Source: Candidatus Rokuibacteriota bacterium
Lineage (GTDB): Bacteria > Methylomirabilota > Methylomirabilia > Rokubacteriales > CSP1-6
Assembly (NCBI GenBank): GCA_003220615.1
Contig: QHTB01000151.1
Span: forward strand, 67,974-131,973
Length of the DNA stretch: 64,000 nt
Direction: 5' to 3'
Under the pieces are notes generated by a model that saw nothing but the letters and a program-made list of their open reading frames with translations, ran no database searches and was not told where the DNA came from. The translations under genes and the position numbers were made by a program. Shown one piece after another: positions 35,568-43,965 of this stretch; position 1 is the stretch's first letter; each line of letters begins with the position of its first letter.

Positions 35568-36801
35568 TTCGGCGCTGACGACGAGCGTGATCGTGGCCCT
35601 GGCGGCGGTTGTGGTCGCCCTCGGGGCCTGGGCGCTATGGCTTCGGCTCCGCTCGGTGCGGCTCGGCCAGGAGCTGGCGGAGGCGACCGAGCAGCTCGCT
35701 CGCGTCCAGAAGCTGGGGGCCCTCGGCGAGATGGCCGCCTCGTTCGCCCACGCGTTCAACGACGTCCTCACGCCCATCATCGGCCGTACGCAGCTCCTGA
35801 CCCAGCGCATCACCGATCCCCAGCTCCGCGAGTGGCTCACCACGATCGAGCGCTCGGCGCTCGGCGGCGCCCAGACGGTCAAGCGGATCCAGGACTTCAT
35901 GCGGCTGCGCCGCGACGAGGCGTCGGTCCCCGTGGACCTCGGCGTCGTGGTGAAGCAGGCCCTGGCGGCCACCGGGACCCGTCAGCGTCCCAGCGTGCGC
36001 ATCGAGACCGATCTGGCCCCGGTGCCGCCGGTCTCCGGCGATCCGCTCGGCCTGCGGGAGGCGTTCGGCCACCTGATCGTCAACGCCGTCGAGTCCGTGC
36101 CCGAGAAGGGCATCGTGCGGGTGACGACCCGGATCGAAGACGGCCAGGCGGTGGTCGCCATCACCGACACCGGCACGGGCATGACGCCGGCCACCCAGGT
36201 CCGGATATTCGAACCGTTCTTCACGACGAAACCGGGCGCCACCGGCCTCGGCATGTGCCTGGCCCACGGCATCGTGTCCCGTCACGGCGGTCAGATCGAG
36301 GTCGATTCCGGCCTGGGCCGTGGCACGACCGTGAGGGTGACGTTCCCCTCGGAGGGCCTGACCCGGGCGAGCACCAAGCCGGTGGCCCCGTCGCGCATGA
36401 GCGTCGGCCCCACCAGCAGCCCCGCGCGCTGCCTGGTCGTCGACGACGACGCCCAGGTCCGCGACATGATCCGCGACATCCTCTCCAACGCCGGGCACAA
36501 GGTGGTCGTGGCCCACGACGGTGCCGACGGCGTCGAGCGCTTCAAGGCCGACAGCAGCTTCGACGTGATCATCACCGACCTCGCCATGCCCAAGCTCAAC
36601 GGCCTGCAGCTGGCGCGCGTCTGCAAGACGCTGCGGCCGAACGTCCCGGTCGTGATGCTCACCGGTTGGGGCGTGCTCCTCACCGAGGAAGAGCTGTCGG
36701 AGCACGGCGTCGATGAAGTGCTCTCGAAGCCCGTGCGGATGGACCAGGTGATCAACACCATCGCGGCCGTGCGGGCGCGGGCGTCGGGCGTCGAGCGGTG
36801 A
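35557..36801 (+). CDS. hybrid sensor histidine kinase / response regulator (1 TM, HisKA, HATPase_c, receiver)
   Basis: N-terminal TM SVIVALAAVVVALGAWALWL. H-box LGEMAASFAHAFNDVLTPIIG. G-box TDTGTGM...FEPFFTTK..GTGLGM. Receiver LVVDDD..VRD...VVVAHDG...FDVIITDLAMPKLNG. Confidence 0.85.
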   Translation: MGGNSALTTSVIVALAAVVVALGAWALWLRLRSVRLGQELAEATEQLARVQKLGALGEMAASFAHAFNDVLTPIIGRTQLLTQRITDPQLREWLTTIERSALGGAQTVKRIQDFMRLRRDEASVPVDLGVVVKQALAATGTRQRPSVRIETDLAPVPPVSGDPLGLREAFGHLIVNAVESVPEKGIVRVTTRIEDGQAVVAITDTGTGMTPATQVRIFEPFFTTKPGATGLGMCLAHGIVSRHGGQIEVDSGLGRGTTVRVTFPSEGLTRASTKPVAPSRMSVGPTSSPARCLVVDDDAQVRDMIRDILSNAGHKVVVAHDGADGVERFKADSSFDVIITDLAMPKLNGLQLARVCKTLRPNVPVVMLTGWGVLLTEEELSEHGVDEVLSKPVRMDQVINTIAAVRARASGVER

Positions 36802-37868
36802 CGAGCCCGATCATCACCGAGGCCGTGCGCGCCCTCGTCGACCGGCGCGACCTCACGCGCATCGAGGCGGCGGCGGCGATGGAGGCGATCATGTCGGGCG
36901 CCGCGACCGACGCCCAGATCGCCGCGTTCCTGACCGGGCTGCGCATGAAGGGCGAGACGGTCGAGGAGCTGATCGGCTTCGCCCAGGTGATGCGGCAGAA
37001 GGCGGTGAGGGTGCGCACCCGCGGCGAGGAAGTGGCCGCCCTGACCGGGACCGACCGCGAGATGCTGATCGACACCTGTGGCACCGGCGGCGACGCCGCC
37101 GGCACCTTCAATGTCTCCACGGCCACCGCCTTCGTGGTGGCGGGCGCAGGACTGAAGGTGGCCAAGCACGGCAACCGCTCGGTGTCGTCGCTATGCGGCT
37201 CGGCCGACGTCGTCGAGACGCTCGGCATCAGCCTCGATCTGACGCCGGCCAAGGTGGCCCGCTGCGTCGACGAGGTCGGCATCGGCTTCCTCTACGCGCC
37301 GCTGCTCCACACGGCCATGAAACACGTGATGGCGGCGCGTCGCGAGATGGGGATCCGCACCGTCTTCAACATGCTCGGTCCGCTCACCAATCCGGCCGGC
37401 GCCAACGCCCAGGTCATCGGCGTCTACTCACCAACGCTCACCGAGCCGCTGGCCCGCGTGCTCGCCGAGCTGGGCACGATCCGCGCGTTCGTCGTCCACG
37501 GCGCCGACGGCCTCGACGAGATCTCCAACACCGGCGAGAGCCGCGTGAGCGAGGTCCGCGAAGGGGTCGTGCGCTCGTTCACGGTGCGGCCGGAGGACTT
37601 CGGCATGCCGCAGGCCGCGATCACCGACCTCCGGGGTGGCGACCGCGAGCAGAACGCCCAGCTGATCCGCGGTCTGCTCGATGGCGAGGCCGGGCCCAAG
37701 CGCGACATCGTCCTCATGAACTCGGCCGCCGCGCTCGTCGCCGGCGCCCGGGCCCGCGACCTCAAGGATGGGGTGTCGCGCGCGGTCGAGGCCATCGAGT
37801 CCGGGGCCGCCCGGAGCAAGCTGGAGGCCCTGGTCAGCCTCAGTCAGAAGCTCGCTCAAGAGAAGTAG
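36798..37868 (+). CDS. trpD: anthranilate phosphoribosyltransferase
   Basis: GTGA-coupled. ...DTCGTGGDAAGTFNVSTATAFVVAGAGLKVAKHGNRSVSSLCGSADVVETLG... is the TrpD signature. Confidence 0.85.
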   Translation: MTSPIITEAVRALVDRRDLTRIEAAAAMEAIMSGAATDAQIAAFLTGLRMKGETVEELIGFAQVMRQKAVRVRTRGEEVAALTGTDREMLIDTCGTGGDAAGTFNVSTATAFVVAGAGLKVAKHGNRSVSSLCGSADVVETLGISLDLTPAKVARCVDEVGIGFLYAPLLHTAMKHVMAARREMGIRTVFNMLGPLTNPAGANAQVIGVYSPTLTEPLARVLAELGTIRAFVVHGADGLDEISNTGESRVSEVREGVVRSFTVRPEDFGMPQAAITDLRGGDREQNAQLIRGLLDGEAGPKRDIVLMNSAAALVAGARARDLKDGVSRAVEAIESGAARSKLEALVSLSQKLAQEK

Positions 37869-37889
37869 CGGAAGCGAGGAAGAAAAGAA

Positions 37890-37921
37890 AGCCGCGCCCA
37901 CAGGGGCGTATGGGCGCGGCT
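37890..37921 (-). terminator. intrinsic-terminator-like hairpin (11-bp perfect stem AGCCGCGCCCA/TGGGCGCGGCT, 10-nt loop) whose U-tract (TTTCTTTTCTTCC) lies on the minus strand
   Basis: Read directly. The plus strand has an A-tract before the stem and no T-tract after it, so the canonical orientation is minus, although both flanking genes are plus-strand. Confidence 0.55.
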
Positions 37922-38094
37922 CGGGAAGGCGACCGGTCGAGCGCCGCGGGCCGGGGTGATGTGGGGGTCCGGCTCCGCAACCGACCGCCTCCGTGCCTTC
38001 CTTCGGAGCAAGAGCCGTACCGCTCGTGATTCGCTAAAAATCGCGGGATTTCGGGCGGGCCTGCAAAGAATTACCATACCGGGAGGGTCATCCC

Positions 38095-39213
38095 ATGCGC
38101 ATCGAGACCCGGGCCGTACATTCCGGCCGGAGCGTGGACCCTGCCACTGGCGCGGTCGTGAGCGCCATCCATCCGTCGACGACGTTCGAGCGTGACGTCG
38201 ATGGCGGTTACGACCGAGGGCACCTGTACGCCCGGAACAGCAACCCGAATCGCGATGCGCTGGAGCACTGCCTGGCGGACCTCGAGGGCGGCCTCGCGGC
38301 GGCGGCGTTCGGCTCGGGTACGGCGGCCACGATGGCCGTGTTCCAGGCGCTCGCGCCCGGCGATCACGTCATCGCGCCGCACGACCTCTACTCCGGCACC
38401 GCCCGGTTGCTCTCCGAGCACATGAGCCGCTGGGGGCTCGACGTGACGTTCGTGGACGCGACGCGGCCCGAGGACGTGCAGGCGGCGCTGCGGACGACGA
38501 CGCGCCTGGTGTGGATCGAGACGCCGTCCAACCCGATGCTGCGCGTCACCGACATTGCCAAAGTGACGGCGATCGCGCGGGCTGCCGGCGCCGTCAGCGT
38601 GTGCGACAACACGATCGCGACGCCGATTCTCCAGACGCCGCTGGCGCTCGGCGCCGATCTCGTCCACCACGCGACCACGAAGTACCTGGGCGGCCACAGC
38701 GACGTCATGGGCGGCGCCATCGTCGCGCGTAGCGTCAGCGGGATCTTCGAGCAGATCAGGAAGTGCCAGGTGAGCGGCGGCGCCATTCCGTCGCCGTTCG
38801 ATTGCTGGCTCGTGCTCCGCTCCATCCGAAGCCTGCCCTACCGCGTGCGGGCTCACTCCGATCACGCGCTCCGCGTCGCGCAGTTCCTGGCCCAGCACGA
38901 TCGCGTCACCGCCGTGCACTATCCGAGCTTGCCCCACCATCCCGGCTACGACGTCGCCGCGCGCCAGATGCGCGGCGGTGGCGGCGTGCTCTCCGTGGAG
39001 ATCGAGGGCGGGCGCGACGCGGCCATGAAGGTCGCTGCCAGGGTCCGGCTCTTCACGCGCGCCACGAGCTACGGCGGGGCCGACAGTTACATCGAGCACC
39101 GGGCGTCGATCGAGGGAGCGGGCACGCGCACGCCGGAAGGGTTGCTCCGTCTGAGCGTCGGCCTCGAGCACCCGGACGATCTGATCGAGGACCTGGCCCA
39201 GGCGATGGCCTGA
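38095..39213 (+). CDS. Cys/Met-metabolism PLP-dependent enzyme (cystathionine gamma-synthase / beta-lyase / gamma-lyase family)
   Basis: 372 aa. ...YARNSNPNRDALE..LA.LEGG..A.AF.SG.AA..., ...ETPSNP.L.V.DI..., ...HHATTKYLGGHSDVMGG... (PLP Lys in TKYLGGH). SD GGGAGGG. Confidence 0.85.
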   Translation: MRIETRAVHSGRSVDPATGAVVSAIHPSTTFERDVDGGYDRGHLYARNSNPNRDALEHCLADLEGGLAAAAFGSGTAATMAVFQALAPGDHVIAPHDLYSGTARLLSEHMSRWGLDVTFVDATRPEDVQAALRTTTRLVWIETPSNPMLRVTDIAKVTAIARAAGAVSVCDNTIATPILQTPLALGADLVHHATTKYLGGHSDVMGGAIVARSVSGIFEQIRKCQVSGGAIPSPFDCWLVLRSIRSLPYRVRAHSDHALRVAQFLAQHDRVTAVHYPSLPHHPGYDVAARQMRGGGGVLSVEIEGGRDAAMKVAARVRLFTRATSYGGADSYIEHRASIEGAGTRTPEGLLRLSVGLEHPDDLIEDLAQAMA

Positions 39214-39228
39214 TCGATCAGCGTCGCG

Positions 39229-40155
39229 TTACCAGCTGACCTCGCGGGCCAGCGACACCTCGAACCGCGTATTCGCCGCGACGACGCGCAGGCGCAGATC
39301 GGACCCGCTGCCAGGCGTCGGCACGCGTCCACGATGGACGCCGGGCTCGTTGGTCGGCTCGAGGGTGGCCAGCACGGACGTACCGTCCCCGCGCTTGCCG
39401 ACCAGCATGACGTCGGCACCGGTCACGGGACGATTGGTCTCGTCCATCAGCCTGACGAGATAGGCCGTCTCGTTGTTGCGGAGCGGCCGCGCCTGAACGT
39501 CGACGTTCACGCCCTTCACCGTGGCGCGGAAGTGCTCCACCGTCGCTCCGGTCGGCAAGGCGGACGCCTCGTCCGAGCGACGCACAGCGGCACCTGGCGC
39601 TGAGGCGTTGGGTCGTGCCGATCGCTCGCCGCGCGACGTGCTGGCGGCCGGGCGCTTGCCCAGGGCGGGCGACGATCCCTCGCCCGCGGGCGTCGGGGCC
39701 GAAACCTGGCTCAGCAGGTTCGCGACGCGGCTCTCCACCGCCGAGAGCTTTTCGTCCATGTCGAGCTGGGTCTGATGCAGCGCGTCGCGGAGCCGCGCGA
39801 TCTCGCGGGCCTGCTCGTCGAGGGCCGCCGCCGGCACGACGGGGGCCGGTGGCGCCGGCGCTTCGGCCACTGGCTGGGGACGGGGCTGAGTACGTGCAGG
39901 CAGCGCGACGACGGCCAGGAGCGCGGTCCCGGCGAAGCAGACGGCGGCCACGGCGTGGCCGATCCGCGTCATCGCGAGCCGCCGAGCCTCGTCGTCGTCG
40001 ACGTCGATCTCCCTGCTGCCAAAACCGTAACGGATCACCAGCAAGCACATCAAGAACGCCCCCACGCTGGTGAGGACGATGATGCCGGGCAGTGCGTACT
40101 GCGTGAGTCCTCCCATTGCTCTCCTCTCACCGGCGGTTAACGGGGAAGGGTACAC
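39229..40155 (-). CDS. hypothetical membrane protein (2 TM, Pro-rich linker, coiled coil, C-terminal beta-rich domain)
   Basis: 308-aa ORF (alternative ATG at 40116). TM segments LPGIIVLTSVGAFLMCLLVI and AVAAVCFAGTALLAVVAL. Heptad-like ...EQAREIARLRDALHQTQLDMDEKLSAVESRVANLL.... The C-terminus is FixH/YtkA-like in flavour only. Confidence 0.5.
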   Translation of the reverse strand: MYPSPLTAGERRAMGGLTQYALPGIIVLTSVGAFLMCLLVIRYGFGSREIDVDDDEARRLAMTRIGHAVAAVCFAGTALLAVVALPARTQPRPQPVAEAPAPPAPVVPAAALDEQAREIARLRDALHQTQLDMDEKLSAVESRVANLLSQVSAPTPAGEGSSPALGKRPAASTSRGERSARPNASAPGAAVRRSDEASALPTGATVEHFRATVKGVNVDVQARPLRNNETAYLVRLMDETNRPVTGADVMLVGKRGDGTSVLATLEPTNEPGVHRGRVPTPGSGSDLRLRVVAANTRFEVSLAREVSW

Positions 40156-40163
40156 TTCCCCAC

Positions 40164-40973
40164 ATGGAATCGCGAACTTTCGGCAAAACCGGCCTGAGGG
40201 TGCCGGTCATCGGGATGGGGACGTGGCAGAGCTACGATGTGCGCGATCCGGGCGAGGTCCAGCCGGTGACCGACGCGATTCTCGCGCACGGCGCCACCTT
40301 CGTCGACACCTCGCCGATGTATGGCTCGGCCGAGCGCGTGCTGGCCAAGACGCTGGGCGAGCACCGGCGCGACGTGACCGTGGCGACCAAGGTCTGGGCC
40401 GGCTCGGCGCGCGAGGGCCGCGAGCAGATTCGCCGCGCGCTCGAGTGGTACGGCGGCGTGATCGACCTCTACCAGATCCACAACCTCGAGGCGTGGGAGA
40501 CGCACCTGCCGTATCTCGAAGAGCTGAAGGCGCAGGGCAAGGTTCGTGCGATCGGCATCACGCACTGGAGTGCGTCGCATTTCGCGCGGATGGCGACGAT
40601 CATCGAGGCCGGACGCATCGAGGCGATCCAGATCCCCTACAACCCCCGCGAGCGTGAGGTCGAGGCCGAGCTGCTGCCGTTGGCGGAGCGCCGTGGCCTC
40701 GGCGTCGTCCTCATGCGGCCGCTCGAGAAGGGCGCCCTGACGCGGACAGCGCCGCCAGCCCGCGAGCTGGGGTTCCTGGCCGACTACGGCATCCGGACGT
40801 GGGCACAGGCGTTGCTGAACTGGGGCGTGAGCGACCCGCGGGTGAGCGTGTCCATCCCGGCCACCGGCGACGTCAAGCACGCGATCGACAACTGCGAGGT
40901 GGGCAACGCGCGGCGCTTCGATGCGGCCGCCCGCGACCGCGTCGCGGCCCTCGCCAGGCGCCACACGACATGA
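40164..40973 (+). CDS. aldo/keto reductase
   Basis: MESRTFGKTGLRVPVIGMGTWQ...FVDTSPMYG.AE..L...; ...IDLYQIHN...; ...GKVRAIGITHW... Confidence 0.85.
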   Translation: MESRTFGKTGLRVPVIGMGTWQSYDVRDPGEVQPVTDAILAHGATFVDTSPMYGSAERVLAKTLGEHRRDVTVATKVWAGSAREGREQIRRALEWYGGVIDLYQIHNLEAWETHLPYLEELKAQGKVRAIGITHWSASHFARMATIIEAGRIEAIQIPYNPREREVEAELLPLAERRGLGVVLMRPLEKGALTRTAPPARELGFLADYGIRTWAQALLNWGVSDPRVSVSIPATGDVKHAIDNCEVGNARRFDAAARDRVAALARRHTT

Positions 40974-41668
40974 CCGTTCGGGTCGGGACATCGGGCTACA
41001 ACTACGATGAGTGGAAGGGCTCGTTCTACCCGGCGGACCTGCCGGCGAGCCGGATGCTGGCCTTCTACGCCGAGCGCTTCGACACCGTGGAGATCAACGC
41101 GACGTTCTATCGGATGCCGACGCCGAAGACGCTCGCCGGGTGGGCGGCCGGCACGCCCGCGCATTTCGTCTTCGCGCTGAAGGCGCCCCAACGCATCACC
41201 CACTTCGCGCGCCTGCGCAACGTCGACGAGCCGGTGCGCTACTTCGTGGACGCGGCACAGACGCTCGGGCCCAAGCTCGGCCCGGTCCTCTTCCAGTTGC
41301 CCCCGAACTTCGCGCGCGACGTCGGCCGTCTCGCCGACCTGCTCGCCCTGCTGCCGCCTGGCCTGCGCTGCGCCATGGAGTTCAGGAACGACTCGTGGTT
41401 CGCCGACGAGGTGTACGAGCGCCTGCGCGGCCGCAACGTGGCGCTCTGCATCGCCGACACCGAGAAGGGCACGACGCCCGTCGTCGCCACCGCCGACTTC
41501 GGCTATCTACGCCTGCGCGACGAAGGCTATGACGACGACGAGCTCGGCCGTTTCATCGACACCATCCGCGCCCAGCCGTGGCAGGGCGCGTGGGTGTACT
41601 TCAAGCACGAGGAGTCTGGGACGGGCCCCGCGTACGCCAGGCGGCTACGACACGCGCTACAAGGCTGA
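40970..41668 (+). CDS. DUF72 domain-containing protein
   Basis: ATGA-coupled. VRVGTSGYNYDEWKGSFYP..L......L.FYAERFDTVEINATFYR.P......W...TP..F.F..K... is the DUF72 signature. Confidence 0.85.
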   Translation: MTVRVGTSGYNYDEWKGSFYPADLPASRMLAFYAERFDTVEINATFYRMPTPKTLAGWAAGTPAHFVFALKAPQRITHFARLRNVDEPVRYFVDAAQTLGPKLGPVLFQLPPNFARDVGRLADLLALLPPGLRCAMEFRNDSWFADEVYERLRGRNVALCIADTEKGTTPVVATADFGYLRLRDEGYDDDELGRFIDTIRAQPWQGAWVYFKHEESGTGPAYARRLRHALQG

Positions 41669-41912
41669 GGACGCTCCGGAGCAGGGGTTCACCGGGAAAG
41701 CGGTCCAGATCTGCGGCGGGACCGGCGCACACAGTGCAGATGACTGCCTTGTGTCGCGCGGCTCGGAGCGTCCGGGAAGCGCGGAGCCTGACGTGCAGCA
41801 AACACACGGCCCGGTGACAGCGCGAGCACTGCCCACCGTCGGACCCGGCAAATCTCTCCGAGCAGACGTGACACTCCCATAGGAGTGAGTCGGCAACGCT
41901 GGAATTGTTCAT
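41601..41912 (-). CDS. hypothetical small Cys-rich zinc-binding protein (C-x2-C-x11-C-x2-C-x4-C-x2-H-x18-C-x2-C), ATGA-coupled to ligD
   Basis: 103-aa ORF from the track. MNNSSVADSLLWECHVCSERFAGSDGGQCSRCHRAVCLLHVRLRASRTLRAARHKAVICTVCAG.... Its ATG overlaps the ligD TGA. The 3' 68 nt overlap the convergent DUF72 gene. Confidence 0.45.
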   Translation of the reverse strand: MNNSSVADSLLWECHVCSERFAGSDGGQCSRCHRAVCLLHVRLRASRTLRAARHKAVICTVCAGPAADLDRFPGEPLLRSVLSLVARVVAAWRTRGPSQTPRA

Positions 41913-43897
41913 AGACGTTCCTCCTCCCTCTGCTTCGATATTCGCCTGAGAGCCTTCTCCAGATCAAATTCTGCGCCCAGCACCGGAGCCATCGGATCCT
42001 TCATCTCGGCGAATCGTCTCGGCACCGTCTTCATCGTGAAGCGGTTGGAATCGAGCTTTGGCGTGACCTCGTCCCACGTGAGCGGGCACGCGACCGGCGC
42101 GCCGGGGAGGGGGCGCACCGAAAACGGTGCGACGATCGTCCGACCCGGGCCGTTCTGGCCGAAGTCGACGTACACTTTTCCGCCGCGCTCGCGTAACGGC
42201 CGTGCCACCGTGGCGATCTTCGGCTCGCGGCCCACGGCCATCGTCGCGATGATCTCGGCGAAGCCGCGCGCCTCGTCGTAGGAATACCGGGCGCCCAGCG
42301 CGACCAGGACGTGGAGCCCCGTTTTGCCCGACGTCTTCACGTAGCTCGACACGCCGACCTCGTCGAGGATGGCGCGCAGGGTCTGCGCCATCCTGACGAC
42401 GTGCGTGAACGGCGCGCCCTTGGGATCGAGGTCGAGGACGGCCCAGTCCGGACGCTCGAGCGAGCCGGCGCGTGACGCCCACAGGTGGATCGGGATCGTC
42501 CCGAGGTTGGCCAGGTAGCGCAGCGTCTCGACGTCGTCGGCGACGACGTAGTCGATGTCGCGCGGCGGCGTGGTCGAGCGGATCCGCACGGTGCGCACCC
42601 AGTCCGGAACGAAGTCGGGCGTGTCCTTCTGGAAGAACGACTTGCCGGCGATGCCGTCGGGATACCGCACCAGCACCAGCGGCCGATCCTCGAGATAGGG
42701 GAGCATCAGCGGGGCGATCGCCTCGTAGTAGGCGACGAGGTCGCCCTTGGTGAAGCCATCCTCGGGCCAGAAGATCTTCTCGGGCCGCGTGATCTTCACA
42801 CGACCGCTCGCCGGGAGTTTCACGCGCCCGCTCGCCGGGCTCTTCGTCTTCGGCGCTGTGGGCTTGGCCGCCTGCGCGGTCGGCATGGCCGTCTCACGTT
42901 TGCAATCCCGCGGCCGTTTGTCGTCGCGGAGCCCGAGGAAGGCGGGATGGCGGAGGCCGCCGTCGTCCGTCCACTCCGTGAAGCGCACCTCGGCCACCAG
43001 CTTCGGCTCGACCCAGTGGTGGCCGCGTCCCGTCGGTGTGCCGACGTCGAACGGTGACTGCTCGCGGGCCAGCGGCTTGAGCCTGTCCCGGATTCGCTTG
43101 AGCGACGTGGCGTCGAAGCCCGTGCCGACCTTGGAGACGTACACCAGCCTGTCGCCGTCGTACACGCCGAGGTGAAGGGCACCGAAGTACGCGCGGGCGC
43201 CCTGGGGATCGGTGTAGCCGCCGATCACGAACTCCTGCCGGCGCTGGCACTTGATCTTGAGCCAGTCGCGCGTGCGCCCGCTCCGATACGGCCCGTCGGC
43301 CTTCTTGGCGATGATGCCCTCGAGGTGTCGGGCGTCGCAGGCGTGGAAGAACTCCTCGCCGCGCTCCTCGACGTGAGCGCTGTACCCGAGGACGCCGGTG
43401 CCGCGAGGGATCAGCAGCTCCAGGAGCTGCTTGCGCTCGGACAGCGGCACGTCCCGGAGGTCGTGGCCGTCGATCTCGAGACAGTCGAAGAACACGGCGC
43501 TCACGGGAACCTGCCGGCGCCCGGCCGCGACGTCGCCCGCGTGCGACAGTCCCATGCGGCCTTGCAATCGCTGGAACGAGCTGCGGCCGTGCTCGTCGAA
43601 GGCGACGACCTCGCCATCGAGCACGGCGCGCTCGACGGGCAGCGCCGCCAGCGCCTCGACGATCTCGGGATAGCGCGCGGTGAAGTCCTGGCCGCTGCGG
43701 CCGTAGAGCCGCACGCGCTTGCCGGCGCGCTCGGCCAGGATGCGCACGCCGTCGTACTTGATCTCGAACAGCCACCCGCGGCCGGAGAAGGGCTGATCGA
43801 CGAGCGTCGCCAGCATGACGGGCTGGCTCGCCGCGTCCACGTGGCGGCGGGGCGCACCCAGCGACTCCAGCCGCTCGCGCAGCGCGTCGGTGGTCAC
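41909..43897 (-). CDS. ligD: ATP-dependent DNA ligase D, ligase plus polymerase/primase domains (no phosphoesterase domain seen)
   Basis: 662 aa, GTG start. Adenylation motif I FEIKYDGVR. C-terminal half ...ITRPEKIFWPEDGFTKGDLVAYYEAIAPLMLPYLEDRPLVLVRYPDGI.GKSFFQKD...SGKTGLHV... is the LigD Pol domain. Confidence 0.9.
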   Translation of the reverse strand: MTTDALRERLESLGAPRRHVDAASQPVMLATLVDQPFSGRGWLFEIKYDGVRILAERAGKRVRLYGRSGQDFTARYPEIVEALAALPVERAVLDGEVVAFDEHGRSSFQRLQGRMGLSHAGDVAAGRRQVPVSAVFFDCLEIDGHDLRDVPLSERKQLLELLIPRGTGVLGYSAHVEERGEEFFHACDARHLEGIIAKKADGPYRSGRTRDWLKIKCQRRQEFVIGGYTDPQGARAYFGALHLGVYDGDRLVYVSKVGTGFDATSLKRIRDRLKPLAREQSPFDVGTPTGRGHHWVEPKLVAEVRFTEWTDDGGLRHPAFLGLRDDKRPRDCKRETAMPTAQAAKPTAPKTKSPASGRVKLPASGRVKITRPEKIFWPEDGFTKGDLVAYYEAIAPLMLPYLEDRPLVLVRYPDGIAGKSFFQKDTPDFVPDWVRTVRIRSTTPPRDIDYVVADDVETLRYLANLGTIPIHLWASRAGSLERPDWAVLDLDPKGAPFTHVVRMAQTLRAILDEVGVSSYVKTSGKTGLHVLVALGARYSYDEARGFAEIIATMAVGREPKIATVARPLRERGGKVYVDFGQNGPGRTIVAPFSVRPLPGAPVACPLTWDEVTPKLDSNRFTMKTVPRRFAEMKDPMAPVLGAEFDLEKALRRISKQREEERL

Positions 43898-43965
43898 CGC
43901 AACACCTTGTGGGCCGAAAGGTTCGAGAACCGCGTCGTCACCGGTGGTACCCTTTGGCCCATACT

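Noticed and set aside
37856-38077. 73-aa minus-strand ORF in the trpD / PLP-gene spacer.
   Set aside because: It reads straight through both arms of the terminator hairpin and into the trpD 3' end. The product is Arg/Pro/Ala-rich with no features.
37925-38094. SAM-type riboswitch (plus strand, upstream of the Cys/Met PLP gene) or SRP/4.5S RNA (minus strand, because of CTCCGAAGGAAGGCACGGAG).
   Set aside because: By eye, the plus strand lacks the conserved SAM-I/SAM-IV core strings. The minus-strand segment only loosely resembles the SRP helix-8 motif GGAAGGAAGCAG: there is no GNRA tetraloop, one G is missing, and the surrounding sequence does not form the long SRP hairpin. This needs a covariance-model scan, so no RNA family was called.
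39209-39222. The 12-bp perfect palindrome CTGATCGATCAG spanning the stop codon of the PLP gene, between convergent genes.
   Set aside because: It is too short to act as a terminator stem with a loop and has no second copy nearby. It is probably fortuitous, or at most a restriction- or methylation-type site. Nothing further can be supported.
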